A stretch of 64,000 nucleotides of DNA from Negativicutes bacterium (GCA_963665275.2 CAXXIN010000007.1:224001-288000); one strand, 5' to 3'. Shown: positions 28,949 to 38,152, counted from the first letter of the stretch. The notes: generated from the letters alone by a model not told the origin. Numbers and translations: made by a program.

Positions 28949-29356
28949 CTAGCGCACGATATGCAGATTGAGCCGATTCAGGCGATGCGGACTGTTGGCA
29001 GGCAACCGTTTTCGCTTCGGCGGCTTCTCCTCTTGCTGTGCGCCATAATTTCCAGCATCATTAGTGACTTTTGCTTCTTCAAATCCCAAGAGACAATATA
29101 TCGCCGGGCGTCCGCCTTTTTGCTGAAAGTGCAGAATCCGCCCTGCTTCGACCAATTCTTTGCGGCATCGGGTTAGCTGAGTCCGGCTTACACGCAGCAA
29201 CGAAGCTAGCGAGACCGTAGGCACGGCGAACTCTTCCGGCCACCCTGCTTTGTTATCTATCGACATCAACAGGTTCCAGAGCGCCTGAGCGTGCGGCGAT
29301 AGCGGATGTGTTGCCAGCCAGCTGTAAAAATGATTGATTTCAAACAGGTAGTTCAT
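28949..29356 (-). CDS. Phage-type replication initiator N-terminal wHTH (DnaD-like / replisome organizer), short form
   Basis: MNYLFEINHFYSWL...LSPHAQALWNLLMSIDNKAGWPEEF...RCRKELVEAGRI pattern. Confidence 0.8.
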   Translation of the reverse strand: MNYLFEINHFYSWLATHPLSPHAQALWNLLMSIDNKAGWPEEFAVPTVSLASLLRVSRTQLTRCRKELVEAGRILHFQQKGGRPAIYCLLGFEEAKVTNDAGNYGAQQEEKPPKRKRLPANSPHRLNRLNLHIVR

Positions 29357-29540
29357 GACAAACGGACGCGCACGCCGCGCTGAAATTCAGAGATGCCCCG
29401 ATAGACATAGATAAGGCGGGTCTTTCACCCGCCTTCAATTTTCGTGGATCACACATAATATTCACAGGTTTCTCCGCCTTTGCGTCCGGTATATCGGGCG
29501 GCAGCTCTCCCTGTCGCATGATTGAATAGAGTTTTTTCAT
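29340..29540 (-). CDS. Small hypothetical protein
   Basis: RBS AAGGGG; overlaps the rep start; first gene divergent from the repressor. Confidence 0.5.
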   Translation of the reverse strand: MKKLYSIMRQGELPPDIPDAKAEKPVNIMCDPRKLKAGERPALSMSIGASLNFSAACASVCHELPV

Positions 29541-29572
29541 TACACGCATCCCCTTTCTTTTTTGTGCCAAAT

Positions 29573-29607
29573 AATCACATGATTGTAATAATCACAAAAT
29601 TGATTAT
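29573..29607. promoter_or_regulatory. Candidate Xre operators in the divergent promoter region
   Basis: Related palindromes aatca-ca-tgatt and ataatca-caaaat-tgattat. Confidence 0.45.
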
Positions 29608-29708
29608 ATTCCTGCTCACTCAGAATTGCAATAGCTTACGATTGCGTCATTTTTTGCACCTTGTTAAATCGTTATCGTATCGCTAAAATAGAATTTGAGG
29701 TGATAACG

Positions 29709-30047
29709 TTGCTGGCAAGAAATATTCAGACCGCTCGAAAAAAATTAGGCCTAACCCAGGAGGAACTGGCCGATCAAATCGGCGTCAAGCGAGCCGCTCT
29801 CGCCTCTTGGGAAACGCGCCGCTCCAAACCGGACATCGACGACTTCATGAAATTGTGTAATACGCTGAAAATAAGGCCAGAAGATCTATCCGGTTTTTCG
29901 TTCGCGGGCGAACTTTCCAATTTCCAGCAGCCAGTGATCGATTTGGCAATCATTTTGGCCACTCTTCCTCCCTCTGTGTTTCCAATGGTCAGGAAAATGA
30001 TCCTGTCGCTATCGGATGAAGTCAACGGCGACAAGCCCGAGGAATAG
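29709..30047 (+). CDS. Xre/Cro-CI family HTH repressor
   Basis: ARKKLGLTQEELADQIGVKRAALASWETRRSKP; TTG start after GAGGTG. Confidence 0.92.
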   Translation: MLARNIQTARKKLGLTQEELADQIGVKRAALASWETRRSKPDIDDFMKLCNTLKIRPEDLSGFSFAGELSNFQQPVIDLAIILATLPPSVFPMVRKMILSLSDEVNGDKPEE

Positions 30048-30099
30048 CTAGGACTGGTATTAAAATACTGGCCGGATGCGGCAGAGGTGGGTATTAAGC

Positions 30100-30675
30100 A
30101 TGTACACCTGCGAAAAATGTGGCGAAAACTATCGTGGAAATTTCGGCAAATGCGCCAATTGTGGTGGAGAAATTGTCATTGCCCCGCCACGCCCGACGTG
30201 GAAACAGAGGTTCGCTGCTAAATCCATTCAAGCAAAAACCACTCCCAAAAAAACCACGCAGAAAATTCGACGAAGAAAAAAAGACTTTATCATTTTTTTT
30301 ATTGTCGCAGGAATAATCGCATTAGTATTTTTCACAACTAAAAGCACTCCGTCTACATCGGCTTTACCCGGTCCAACGAATAATGTCGTTGCCAATGAAG
30401 CCACTTCCGCCAAACGCCCAGGCGACATTACCGTCCTGAAGCATAATGCGCTCATCGCGGTTAATGACGACGCCTATGCCGCCTTCGGCAAGTTTTCATC
30501 TGCAAACAACAAAGACGAAATAGCCCGCATGATAACCAGCGGTCGCTTAGTTCTCGTTGGCATCGGCGCAAAAATCACGATTACCAAAGTTAACGGTGAC
30601 ATTTCTTTTGTTGAGGTAACAGACGGACCAACTACCGGGACAAAAGGCTGGCTATTAAATTCTTTGATGCGATAA
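30100..30675 (+). CDS. Zinc-ribbon membrane protein (type seen in prophage immunity regions)
   Basis: CEKCG...CANCG, basic linker, one TM, extracytoplasmic domain. Confidence 0.7.
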   Translation: MYTCEKCGENYRGNFGKCANCGGEIVIAPPRPTWKQRFAAKSIQAKTTPKKTTQKIRRRKKDFIIFFIVAGIIALVFFTTKSTPSTSALPGPTNNVVANEATSAKRPGDITVLKHNALIAVNDDAYAAFGKFSSANNKDEIARMITSGRLVLVGIGAKITITKVNGDISFVEVTDGPTTGTKGWLLNSLMR

Positions 30676-30704
30676 TCGTCTGCAATTTACCAAAAACCAC
30701 TTTT

Positions 30705-30845
30705 ATGACAAATACAGGTTCTACTACAGAAAGGATCTTTGAAACGAAAACCCTGATGATTATACTGATCATTGCGCTGCCGGCGCTCGTTGCCGGAGGG
30801 ATACTGGCTGACCTGATGGTTTGGCTTTTGTATTCCTGCTATTAA
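30705..30845 (+). CDS. Small hydrophobic protein, copy 1
   Basis: MTNTGSTTERIFETKTLMIILIIALPALVAGGILADLMVWLLYSCY; paralogous to 33825-33953. Confidence 0.5.
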   Translation: MTNTGSTTERIFETKTLMIILIIALPALVAGGILADLMVWLLYSCY

Positions 30846-30904
30846 AAGCCTGGCTGGAATCGGCAGGGGTGATTGGCGAGAAACTTGAGGAAACGGGAGA
30901 AAAA

Positions 30905-31843
30905 ATGCTGGAACATTTATCAAGAAAAGGCTTGCTACATTTATTTGTTGTTTACACGGTATGGAGCACGACTTACCTGGCGATGAGAGTCGGAGTCACT
31001 CCAGCCAATGGATTTCCGCCCTTCGTGTTTGGCGCTGTCAGAATGGCTGCCGCCGCCCTCATTTTGTTCGGCCTCGCCCGAATACAGAGACAGCCATTGA
31101 AAGCTACCCGGGACGAGCTTTTTTCCTTGGCTTTAGTTGGAAACATGTTGTGGATGGGTGGAAATGGACTCGTGCTGTGGGCGGTGCAATACGCTGGCTC
31201 GGGTTTCGCTTCTCTCATCGTCGCATCGGCTCCGATCTGGGCAACAATGATCGAACTGGTGCTATTCAAGAAAAAGCCGTCAGTTACCCTTATCGTTTCG
31301 CTTTTTGTTGGGTTTATAGGAGTTGCGGTTCTCAGCCTGCCTTCTTTTAGCAAGGGGACTTCTCAGGACATGTTCGCCGTAATTGCCTTGGTAGCGTCCG
31401 CAGTATGTTGGTCGCTGGGTTCGGTGATCCAAACTCGACGGCCCGTAAATCTACCGCCGCAAGTAATGTCCGGGTATCATCAGTTGTTCGCCAGCGTTGG
31501 CTTTTTACTGATGTCTCTTGCATTGGGCGAACCGGCCCCGCACCCAACCTCTTCAGCTTGGCTGGCCTGGGGTTATTTGGTGGTTTTCGGTTCGGTTTTC
31601 GCTTTTACCTCTTACATTTTTGCCTTGAAGCTTTTGCCGATCAATATCGTGATGACCTACGCCTATGTCAACCCCGCAATTGCATTGTTTTTGGGCTGGC
31701 TCATCCTCAAGGAGCCCATCGGAACTTGGACCTTGTTAGGCGCAGCTTTGGTGGTAGTCAGCGTCTTTGGTATTTTCCGCGTTAAGCAACAGGTCAAACC
31801 GAGCCTGCCATTAAAACCCGAATGTGTCTCGGAGAACCCTTGA
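30905..31843 (+). CDS. EamA/DMT family transporter (YedA-like)
   Basis: VYTVWSTTYLAMR, YAYVNPAIALFLG; start moved to MLEHLS. Confidence 0.92.
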   Translation: MLEHLSRKGLLHLFVVYTVWSTTYLAMRVGVTPANGFPPFVFGAVRMAAAALILFGLARIQRQPLKATRDELFSLALVGNMLWMGGNGLVLWAVQYAGSGFASLIVASAPIWATMIELVLFKKKPSVTLIVSLFVGFIGVAVLSLPSFSKGTSQDMFAVIALVASAVCWSLGSVIQTRRPVNLPPQVMSGYHQLFASVGFLLMSLALGEPAPHPTSSAWLAWGYLVVFGSVFAFTSYIFALKLLPINIVMTYAYVNPAIALFLGWLILKEPIGTWTLLGAALVVVSVFGIFRVKQQVKPSLPLKPECVSENP

Positions 31844-32043
31844 TCCGATGATGGTGGGCCAGTTAAACGTGTTGGATATCCCCAGCATTTCCATCATCTT
31901 TTTATGATCCAGTTCATTTTCCGTACAAATTTTTTTCTATTATATATAGTCATGTCGGCCGCCTCCCAAGTTTAGGAATCGTTAACATTAAGTTGGTTCA
32001 CATTTTATGAACTATCAATAGTTTTTGTGAGAAAGTTTCCGAT

Positions 32044-32184
32044 TTGAATACTTTTCAACTCCAGGTTCCCGAGAATGCATTGCAAAAAGGCTGTTGCTCA
32101 TGGCATAACGGGGTGTGCGGCTGCCAGAATGGCAGGACAGTCTGCTGCGACGGTTCATATAGCCCAACGTGCAGATGTAATTGA
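32044..32184 (+). CDS. Small 8-Cys protein or remnant (GCCSxHxGVCGC type)
   Basis: Manual translation (L/M)NTFQLQVPENALQKGCCSWHNGVCGCQNGRTVCCDGSYSPTCRCN; start uncertain. Confidence 0.55.
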   Translation: MNTFQLQVPENALQKGCCSWHNGVCGCQNGRTVCCDGSYSPTCRCN

Positions 32185-32210
32185 TCTTGATTTAACGAGG
32201 AGGCCTCTCA

Positions 32211-32924
32211 ATGAATTATGTTTACGCCATGTTATTAATCGGCTTCGCCATTCTCTTTCATGAGTTCGGTCATTTTTTTGCTGCCCGTCTTGTGAAAATA
32301 CCAATTCAAACTTTCTCCATTGGATTTGGGCCAGCATTGTGGAAAAAACAAATCGGTGAAACCGAATATCGAGTTTCTTGGATTCCCATGGGCGGATATG
32401 TTTTGCCGGCAATCGAAGATGAGCAGCAATTCTTCAAAATTCCCGTCTACAAGCGAATAGTCATGACTGTAGCCGGACCACTGGCAAGCGCCCTGCTGCC
32501 AGTGATTTGCATTGCCCTCATGAACACCTGCAACACTGGCTTTTCATTCATCGGAACCATTATCCTACCGTTCCAAAAGACATGGGCCATAGGATATCAG
32601 ATGCTGGTATCGCTCCCTCAGTTGTTCTCGAGCCCCGGTCAGATAATGGGCGTCGTTGGTATTGTCGCTCAGGGCGGGAATTACGTCGGCGGCAGTATCG
32701 CAAAATCGCTTCAATTTCTTGCGATGATGAGCATGAATCTCTGCATCATCAACCTCCTCCCCATTCCTGCGCTGGATGGCGGAAAGTTTTTGCTGTACAT
32801 CGGAGAGAAGATCCATCCGCGATTTGTGAAGCTGCATATTCCTTTGTCTATTGCCGGGTGGGTATTCATCATGGGACTTACCGCGTATACAGTAATCCTT
32901 GATGTCGTAAAGCTTATGGCTTAA
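32211..32924 (+). CDS. Site-2 protease (M50, RseP-like) lacking PDZ
   Basis: HEFGH, FSIGFGP, AGP and NLLPIPALDGG motifs. Confidence 0.92.
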   Translation: MNYVYAMLLIGFAILFHEFGHFFAARLVKIPIQTFSIGFGPALWKKQIGETEYRVSWIPMGGYVLPAIEDEQQFFKIPVYKRIVMTVAGPLASALLPVICIALMNTCNTGFSFIGTIILPFQKTWAIGYQMLVSLPQLFSSPGQIMGVVGIVAQGGNYVGGSIAKSLQFLAMMSMNLCIINLLPIPALDGGKFLLYIGEKIHPRFVKLHIPLSIAGWVFIMGLTAYTVILDVVKLMA

Positions 32925-32943
32925 AAAAGGAGGGCTTCGTGTA

Positions 32944-33342
32944 ATGCAAAAGACATTAGGCGTTTCCTGCGCCTTCTGCACCAATAAAGTGGCTGAATCA
33001 CGCGATTTTTATGTTAAACGCCTTGGAGCGAAAGTTACCTTTGATTGCGGCTGGTATGTCAATTTGGAATTTGGCCATAGCGCTGCCACACTTCAGTTCA
33101 TGGCTCCCCAAAACCCGCAGCACAAGCTGAGCCAAAGTGATGGTTTGAGCTATAACTTTCATGTAATGGATGCAAACGAAGAGTACCAGCGATTGACTGC
33201 TGCAGGATTACAGGTCATTATCCCGTTAGAAGACCATCCGTGGGGAGACCGAGGTTTCGGCGTCCAGGACCCTAACGGCATCACACTGTATTTTTATCAC
33301 GACACAGAGCCAAGTCCTGAGTTCAAACAGTTTTACAAATGA
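32944..33342 (+). CDS. VOC / glyoxalase family protein
   Basis: ESRDFY, DHPWGDRGFGVQDPNG. Confidence 0.9.
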   Translation: MQKTLGVSCAFCTNKVAESRDFYVKRLGAKVTFDCGWYVNLEFGHSAATLQFMAPQNPQHKLSQSDGLSYNFHVMDANEEYQRLTAAGLQVIIPLEDHPWGDRGFGVQDPNGITLYFYHDTEPSPEFKQFYK

Positions 33343-33388
33343 TGGGGAGGCGCCCTCACCCATAAATTCCACTACGCTTCATGCCGCT

Positions 33389-33739
33389 ATGTATAGGAAA
33401 AGAAGGAGTGTGTTGAATTTGGCAGTAGCAAAAACGCCCACCCCGCCCTATTATGCGGTCATTTTTACATCAACAAGAACAGACGGAGATAAAGGTTATG
33501 CTGCAATCGCCGAAGAGGTTGTACAACTTGCCGAGAAGCAGCCGGGCTTTCTGGGCGCGGAAAGCGTTCGCGACGCCGAAAAGGTTGGAATCACGGTGTC
33601 ATATTGGGATTCACTGGAGTCTATCCAAAAATTCAAAGCCGTTGCCAAACATGTAGAAGCACAAAAGCGCAGCAGAGAATGGTATTCTGAGTTCAGACTT
33701 CGCGTCTGCAAAGTTGAAAAAGATCTGTTTACCGAGTAG
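33389..33739 (+). CDS. Antibiotic biosynthesis monooxygenase (ABM) family protein
   Basis: PPYYAVIFTS, QPGFLGAES, GITVSYW, WY...RVCKV; true start may be about 24 nt downstream. Confidence 0.88.
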   Translation: MYRKRRSVLNLAVAKTPTPPYYAVIFTSTRTDGDKGYAAIAEEVVQLAEKQPGFLGAESVRDAEKVGITVSYWDSLESIQKFKAVAKHVEAQKRSREWYSEFRLRVCKVEKDLFTE

Positions 33740-33824
33740 GGTTGCGGCCGAAATAATCTCTAAGCCGATACTTCAATGAGTGCAAAATCCAACATTCACT
33801 TGTAATTGTGGCTCTCATTCAATA

Positions 33825-33953
33825 AATACAGGTTCCATTACGGAAAGGATCTTTGAGACGAACCCCCTGATGATTATATTGGGCATTGTGTTGCCGGCAC
33901 TATTTGCCGGTGAGTTAGTAGCTGATCTGATGGTTTGGTTCTTGCATCCCTAG
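33825..33953 (+). repeat. Second, diverged copy of 30711-30845 (small hydrophobic ORF, copy 2)
   Basis: Gapless 126-nt alignment with 24 differences by manual count; NTGSITERIFETNPLMIILGIVLPALFAGELVADLMVWFLHP-stop. Confidence 0.75.
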
Positions 33954-34009
33954 CAATAAAAAAACATAGCGGGCTACGGCCCGCATTTTTTCCGGCAGCC
34001 AACCGCAGG

Positions 34010-34398
34010 ATTATTCGTCATACTACAAAAACTGTATCTTATTCCCGAACTTGGCGAAAAGACCATAGGGGAAATCCAAACGTTTGAAATTCAGGCCCTC
34101 ATTGACCGTCTGACGGGCGAAGGGAAGTCATATAGCCAATCCCATAAGATATACACAATAATTAGCTCCAGCCTCGCCACGGCCGTTCCTGACGGAAGAG
34201 TACTTGGGCATCATAAATGCACAGCCCAAAAACGGCGACTATGTTTTTTCAACGGCATCAGGCAAGCACTACAGCTATGCCAAGCACTCCGCAAAAGAGC
34301 GTCAATTGGAAATGGCGAAAGCGACAAAATATCAAACAGGTGTCAGTTTGGGTGCGTACACGAAAAAAGAGTCTTCAGCTGAAGCTGAAGACTCTTGA
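34010..34398 (+). pseudogene. Tyrosine integrase remnant beside tRNA-Lys
   Basis: LQKLYLIPELGEKTIGEIQTFEIQALIDRLTGEGKSYSQSHKIYTIISSSLATAV resembles the integrase core-binding domain; DYVFSTASGK in another frame; no intact catalytic domain. Confidence 0.7.
34363..34396 (-). terminator. Terminator after the tRNA cluster
   Basis: aagagtcttcagct-ga-agctgaagactctt with T-tract on the minus strand. Confidence 0.75.
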
Positions 34399-34404
34399 TA
34401 TTCT

Positions 34405-34480
34405 TGGTGACCCACCCGCGACTCGAACGCGGGACTCCCTGATTAAAAGTCAGGTGCTCTACCGACTGAGCTAGTGGGTC
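34405..34480 (-). tRNA. tRNA-Lys(TTT)
   Basis: Anticodon loop CTTTTAA, GTTCGAGTC, CCA. Confidence 0.98.
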
Positions 34481-34483
34481 AAG

Positions 34484-34559
34484 TGGCTGGGGCGGCTGGA
34501 CTCGAACCAACGCATGCGGGAGTCAAAGTCCCGTGCCTTACCAGCTTGGCGACGCCCCA
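34484..34559 (-). tRNA. tRNA-Gln(TTG)
   Basis: TGGGGCGTCGCCAAG...CTTTGAC...GTTCGAGTCC...GCCA. Confidence 0.98.
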
Positions 34560-34597
34560 AAGGCAGTTGTCTTGGGGAAATATTTGGGAAAATTATA

Positions 34598-34671
34598 TGG
34601 CTGGGGCGGATGGATTCGAACCACCGATGCGGGAGTCAGAGTCCCGAGCCTTACCGCTTGGCTACGCCCCA
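34598..34671 (-). tRNA. tRNA-Gln(CTG)
   Basis: TGGGGCGTAGCCAAG...CTCTGAC...GTTCGAATCC...GCCA. Confidence 0.97.
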
Positions 34672-34694
34672 ATAAGAGGTAAGTTTGGTAAGTT

Positions 34695-34771
34695 TGGGGT
34701 GACTGATGGGGATCGAACCCACGCATAACGGAACCACAATCCGCCGTGTTAACCACTTCACCACAGTCACC
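34695..34771 (-). tRNA. tRNA-His(GTG)
   Basis: Encoded G-1, anticodon loop TTGTGGT, GTTCGATCC, CCA. Confidence 0.97.
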
Positions 34772-34891
34772 ATACATCCGATGATGTCGGCGTTGATTCG
34801 CCCCGCGCGACAGGGTTTATTGTATCATCGGTTTCACATCGTTGTCAATACGCCCAGCAGTATTTTTCGGATTCGAATTTCATATTGTTGT

Positions 34892-36154
34892 TCATTCCTT
34901 TGTCCCACCATCAATGGAACGAGCAGCGGCGCGCCCTGCGACAAATCCGGTAGAAAAAGCGGCCTGAAGGTTGAACCCGCCGGTATATCCATCCACATCC
35001 ATAATTTCGCCGGCGAAAAACAGTCCGCCAACCAATCTGGACTCCATCGTTTTCGGTTGTATCTCCTTGACCTCCACGCCGCCGGATGTCACTACCGCTT
35101 CTGCGACAGGCCGGGTTCCTCGGATAGAAACCCGCAGGTTTTGCAAAAGATCGACCAGATGCGCCCTTTCTTCCCGCGTAATCTGGTTCACAAATTTTTC
35201 CGGTGCGATTCCGCTGAGCTGTATAATCACCGGGATCATTTTGGCCGGCAGCAACTCGCCCAGAGCATTTTTGAACTGTTTGCGGGAAAATGCCGAAAAG
35301 TCCCTCTGCAACCGTTTGTCAAGAATCTCCGGAGTCAAGGCCGGCTTCAAGTTCACTTCCACATAGATCTCCGGTTTCGGAGTCTGTTTGAGAGCCTTGG
35401 AAACCGCCTGGCTCAGGCTGAGAATGATCGGACCTGATATTCCATAATGGGTAAAGAGCATTTCGCCAAAATCGCCGTCAACTTTCCGATCGTTGACACG
35501 CACCAACGCTTCCACGTTTTTCAGTGAAAGTCCCTGCAGTTCTTTGACCCAGCTTTCCACCGCTTCCAGCGGGACAAGCGCCGGAGCCAGCGGCGTCACC
35601 GTGTGACCCAGTTCTTTCGCCATGCGATAGCCATCGCCAGAGGAACCTGTACCAGGATAGGATAGTCCGCCAGTAGCCAGTACGACCGAGTCCGCCGGCA
35701 AAGTTTCTGCGCCGGCGACCACCCCGGATACCCTTCCATTCTTAGTCCGAATCGACTGAACCGGGCGGTTGGTGAGGATGCGCACGCCAGCCCGCCTGAC
35801 GGCTTGGGTCAGCGCCTCTACAATATCCGCCGCCTTATCGGATACAGGGAACAAACGGCCGCCACGTTCTACTTTCGACGGCACACCACGATTCATGAAA
35901 AAATCGATCAAATCCTGATTATCGAACGCGCGCAGCGCACTATAAAGAAAAGCACCGTTAGTGGGGAAGAATTTCGGGAAATCGGCTAATTCACAGCGGT
36001 TGGTGAAATTGCAGCGACCTTTGCCGGTAATCAGTATTTTGCGGCCCGGCGCCGCCATCTTCTCCAGCAGACAAACGTCCGCTCCATTTTCGGCTGCACC
36101 CAGAGCAGCCATCAGACCGGCAGCGCCAGCCCCGATCACAATAACTCGGTTCAT
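34892..36154 (-). CDS. HI0933/BaiN-family flavoprotein
   Basis: GAGAAG, ITGKGRCNFTN, LFTHYGISGP, TGGFNLQAAFSTG. Confidence 0.95.
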   Translation of the reverse strand: MNRVIVIGAGAAGLMAALGAAENGADVCLLEKMAAPGRKILITGKGRCNFTNRCELADFPKFFPTNGAFLYSALRAFDNQDLIDFFMNRGVPSKVERGGRLFPVSDKAADIVEALTQAVRRAGVRILTNRPVQSIRTKNGRVSGVVAGAETLPADSVVLATGGLSYPGTGSSGDGYRMAKELGHTVTPLAPALVPLEAVESWVKELQGLSLKNVEALVRVNDRKVDGDFGEMLFTHYGISGPIILSLSQAVSKALKQTPKPEIYVEVNLKPALTPEILDKRLQRDFSAFSRKQFKNALGELLPAKMIPVIIQLSGIAPEKFVNQITREERAHLVDLLQNLRVSIRGTRPVAEAVVTSGGVEVKEIQPKTMESRLVGGLFFAGEIMDVDGYTGGFNLQAAFSTGFVAGRAAARSIDGGTKE

Positions 36155-36172
36155 CGATTACAGACCCTCATT

Positions 36173-37993
36173 TCAACCAACTTTTTGCACCCAACTCCGG
36201 GGATCCGTCTTGCAAAACAAATTAACCAGGAAGGGATCAAACTGGGTGCCGGAACATCGCCGCAGTTCCCGCAGCGCTTCTTCATGGCTTACTGCGGACC
36301 GATAGGGACGGTCGCTCGTCATCGCGTCGTAAGCATCAGCAATCGCCAAAATTCGGCATTCCAAAGGAATATCGTCGCCGGAAATGCCCAGAGGGTATCC
36401 CTGCCCATCCCACCACTCCTGATGTTTGAGAATCCATTCTGCGATTGGACGAGCCGCGTTGACAGACAAAGCGATCCGATGGCCGATCTCGCTGTGGCGC
36501 TGTATTTCCTGCAGCTCCAAGGCATTGAGCGAACCTTGTTTGAAGAGAATTTTGTCAGGAATGCCAACCTTGCCGAGGTCATGGTATTGCGCTAATAGCC
36601 GCAAATGCTGCACCCTTTCTTCCGGCAATCCAAGTTCCTCCGCCAGATGGAGACAAAGATCAGTCACTCGTTGAGTATGCCCCTCAGCAAAAAAATCTCG
36701 CTGTTCCATTACCCGGACAACGTTGCGGGTGATGGACTCCCTGATCTGCAGACTTCGTTTATTCTTCTCCCGGTACATGTTATTGTCAGCCTCTCTGAAC
36801 AACTGGGTCAGATTCGCATTCTTGCTGAAGCTATACGCCACCCCGGTTGAAATGCTCAATAAAAATTCGTCATTTTTCTCGTTATCGGCATCAATGGAAT
36901 CCTGAAGTCTGACAAGGGCTTTTTCCACCGTTTCTTGCGAGATACGGGACAATAATATCGCAAATTCATCGCCGCCGATGCGCGCAACCACGTCCCCTGC
37001 GCGGAAAGTTTTCGTCAACAACTCAGCCGCCTTTTTTATCAACCGGTCGCCAAGCAAATGTCCGAAGCTGTCGTTATAGAGTTTCAGTCCGTCAACGTCA
37101 CATACAATCACAGCCAACGGAGCATAACGTCCATCGTTGAGCCGACGCAGCTCTTCCTGGAAATAAGCGCGGTTATAAAGCCCTGTCAGCGAATCACGCA
37201 GGCTGATATTGATCAATTTTTCTTCCATTTGTTTTCGTTCGGATATGTCTGTGAGCGAGCCCGCCATCCGGATCGGAACTCCACGCTCATTCCAGAGCGC
37301 CTGCCCACGGTCCAGCACCCATTTATATTGCCCATCCTTGGAGAGGCAACGATATTCAGCTTCGTAATTCGGCGTCAGGCGCTGCAGGTGCTCGGCAAGC
37401 TTTTGTGTTACGGCAGGCAAATCTTCCGGATGCACAGTCGCCAGGAATTCGTCCCGGTTTGCAGGCCCCCCGCCCGCTTCGAAGCCTAACATTTCGCTGC
37501 AACGCTCTGATTGAAAACTCTCGTTCGTCAGCACATTCCAGTCCCAAATACCGTCTTTGTTCCCTCGCAATGCCAACTGCCACCGTTCCTCTTCTTGAGC
37601 CAGAATCGCATTCGCTTTTTCCAGGGAACGTATCTGCATATTGATTTTTTCGGCCATACGGGCGAAAGTATAAAAAAGTTCACGCACTTCCAGCGGCCCC
37701 TGCGATTGGGCGCGCGCTTCCATTTGATAGTCAAAGTTCCCTTCCCGGATCGCCCTGGCTGCTTCAGTCAACTGGCGAATCGGAACGATTACCCAGTAGA
37801 ACCCCCCCAGAATCAAAAGAACGCCAAGCAAAACAAGCCCTGCCGCCCCTGCCAGCGCAACGCTCATCTGAACATCCGGAACCGATTCACCGGTTTGTTG
37901 AATGCTGTGGAAGAAAAAATTTCCCAGCAGCAGTGCCGGCAACGAAACCAGCAAAAATCCCCAAAAAAGCAATTGAGACCGCAAGGTCTTCAC
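36173..37993 (-). CDS. HAMP-PAS-GGDEF-HD-GYP signalling protein
   Basis: Two TM, HAMP, PAS (DGIWDW), RIGGDEF, HDLGK and DGQGYP. Confidence 0.93.
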   Translation of the reverse strand: MKTLRSQLLFWGFLLVSLPALLLGNFFFHSIQQTGESVPDVQMSVALAGAAGLVLLGVLLILGGFYWVIVPIRQLTEAARAIREGNFDYQMEARAQSQGPLEVRELFYTFARMAEKINMQIRSLEKANAILAQEEERWQLALRGNKDGIWDWNVLTNESFQSERCSEMLGFEAGGGPANRDEFLATVHPEDLPAVTQKLAEHLQRLTPNYEAEYRCLSKDGQYKWVLDRGQALWNERGVPIRMAGSLTDISERKQMEEKLINISLRDSLTGLYNRAYFQEELRRLNDGRYAPLAVIVCDVDGLKLYNDSFGHLLGDRLIKKAAELLTKTFRAGDVVARIGGDEFAILLSRISQETVEKALVRLQDSIDADNEKNDEFLLSISTGVAYSFSKNANLTQLFREADNNMYREKNKRSLQIRESITRNVVRVMEQRDFFAEGHTQRVTDLCLHLAEELGLPEERVQHLRLLAQYHDLGKVGIPDKILFKQGSLNALELQEIQRHSEIGHRIALSVNAARPIAEWILKHQEWWDGQGYPLGISGDDIPLECRILAIADAYDAMTSDRPYRSAVSHEEALRELRRCSGTQFDPFLVNLFCKTDPRSWVQKVG

Positions 37994-38152
37994 CCTATCG
38001 CCATCCTATTCAAAAGTCGATCGAAACCATGCCAAAATGATCCTGACAAGTTATTATTATCCAACCAGACCAGAAATCCTTCATTTTTGAGTGAACTTAT
38101 GAAAAAACCTGCGGCTGGATGACCGCAGGCTTGTGATGTTCAAAGGCAACGC

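Noticed and set aside
18226-31843. Two 312-aa EamA genes as a recent duplication or island boundary repeat
   Set aside because: They share only family-level motifs; the equal length is expected for the family.
30711-33950. Direct repeat pair as DGR template/variable repeats or att sites
   Set aside because: Differences affect all four bases and are often synonymous, not adenine-specific; the pair is too diverged and not tRNA-derived for att cores.
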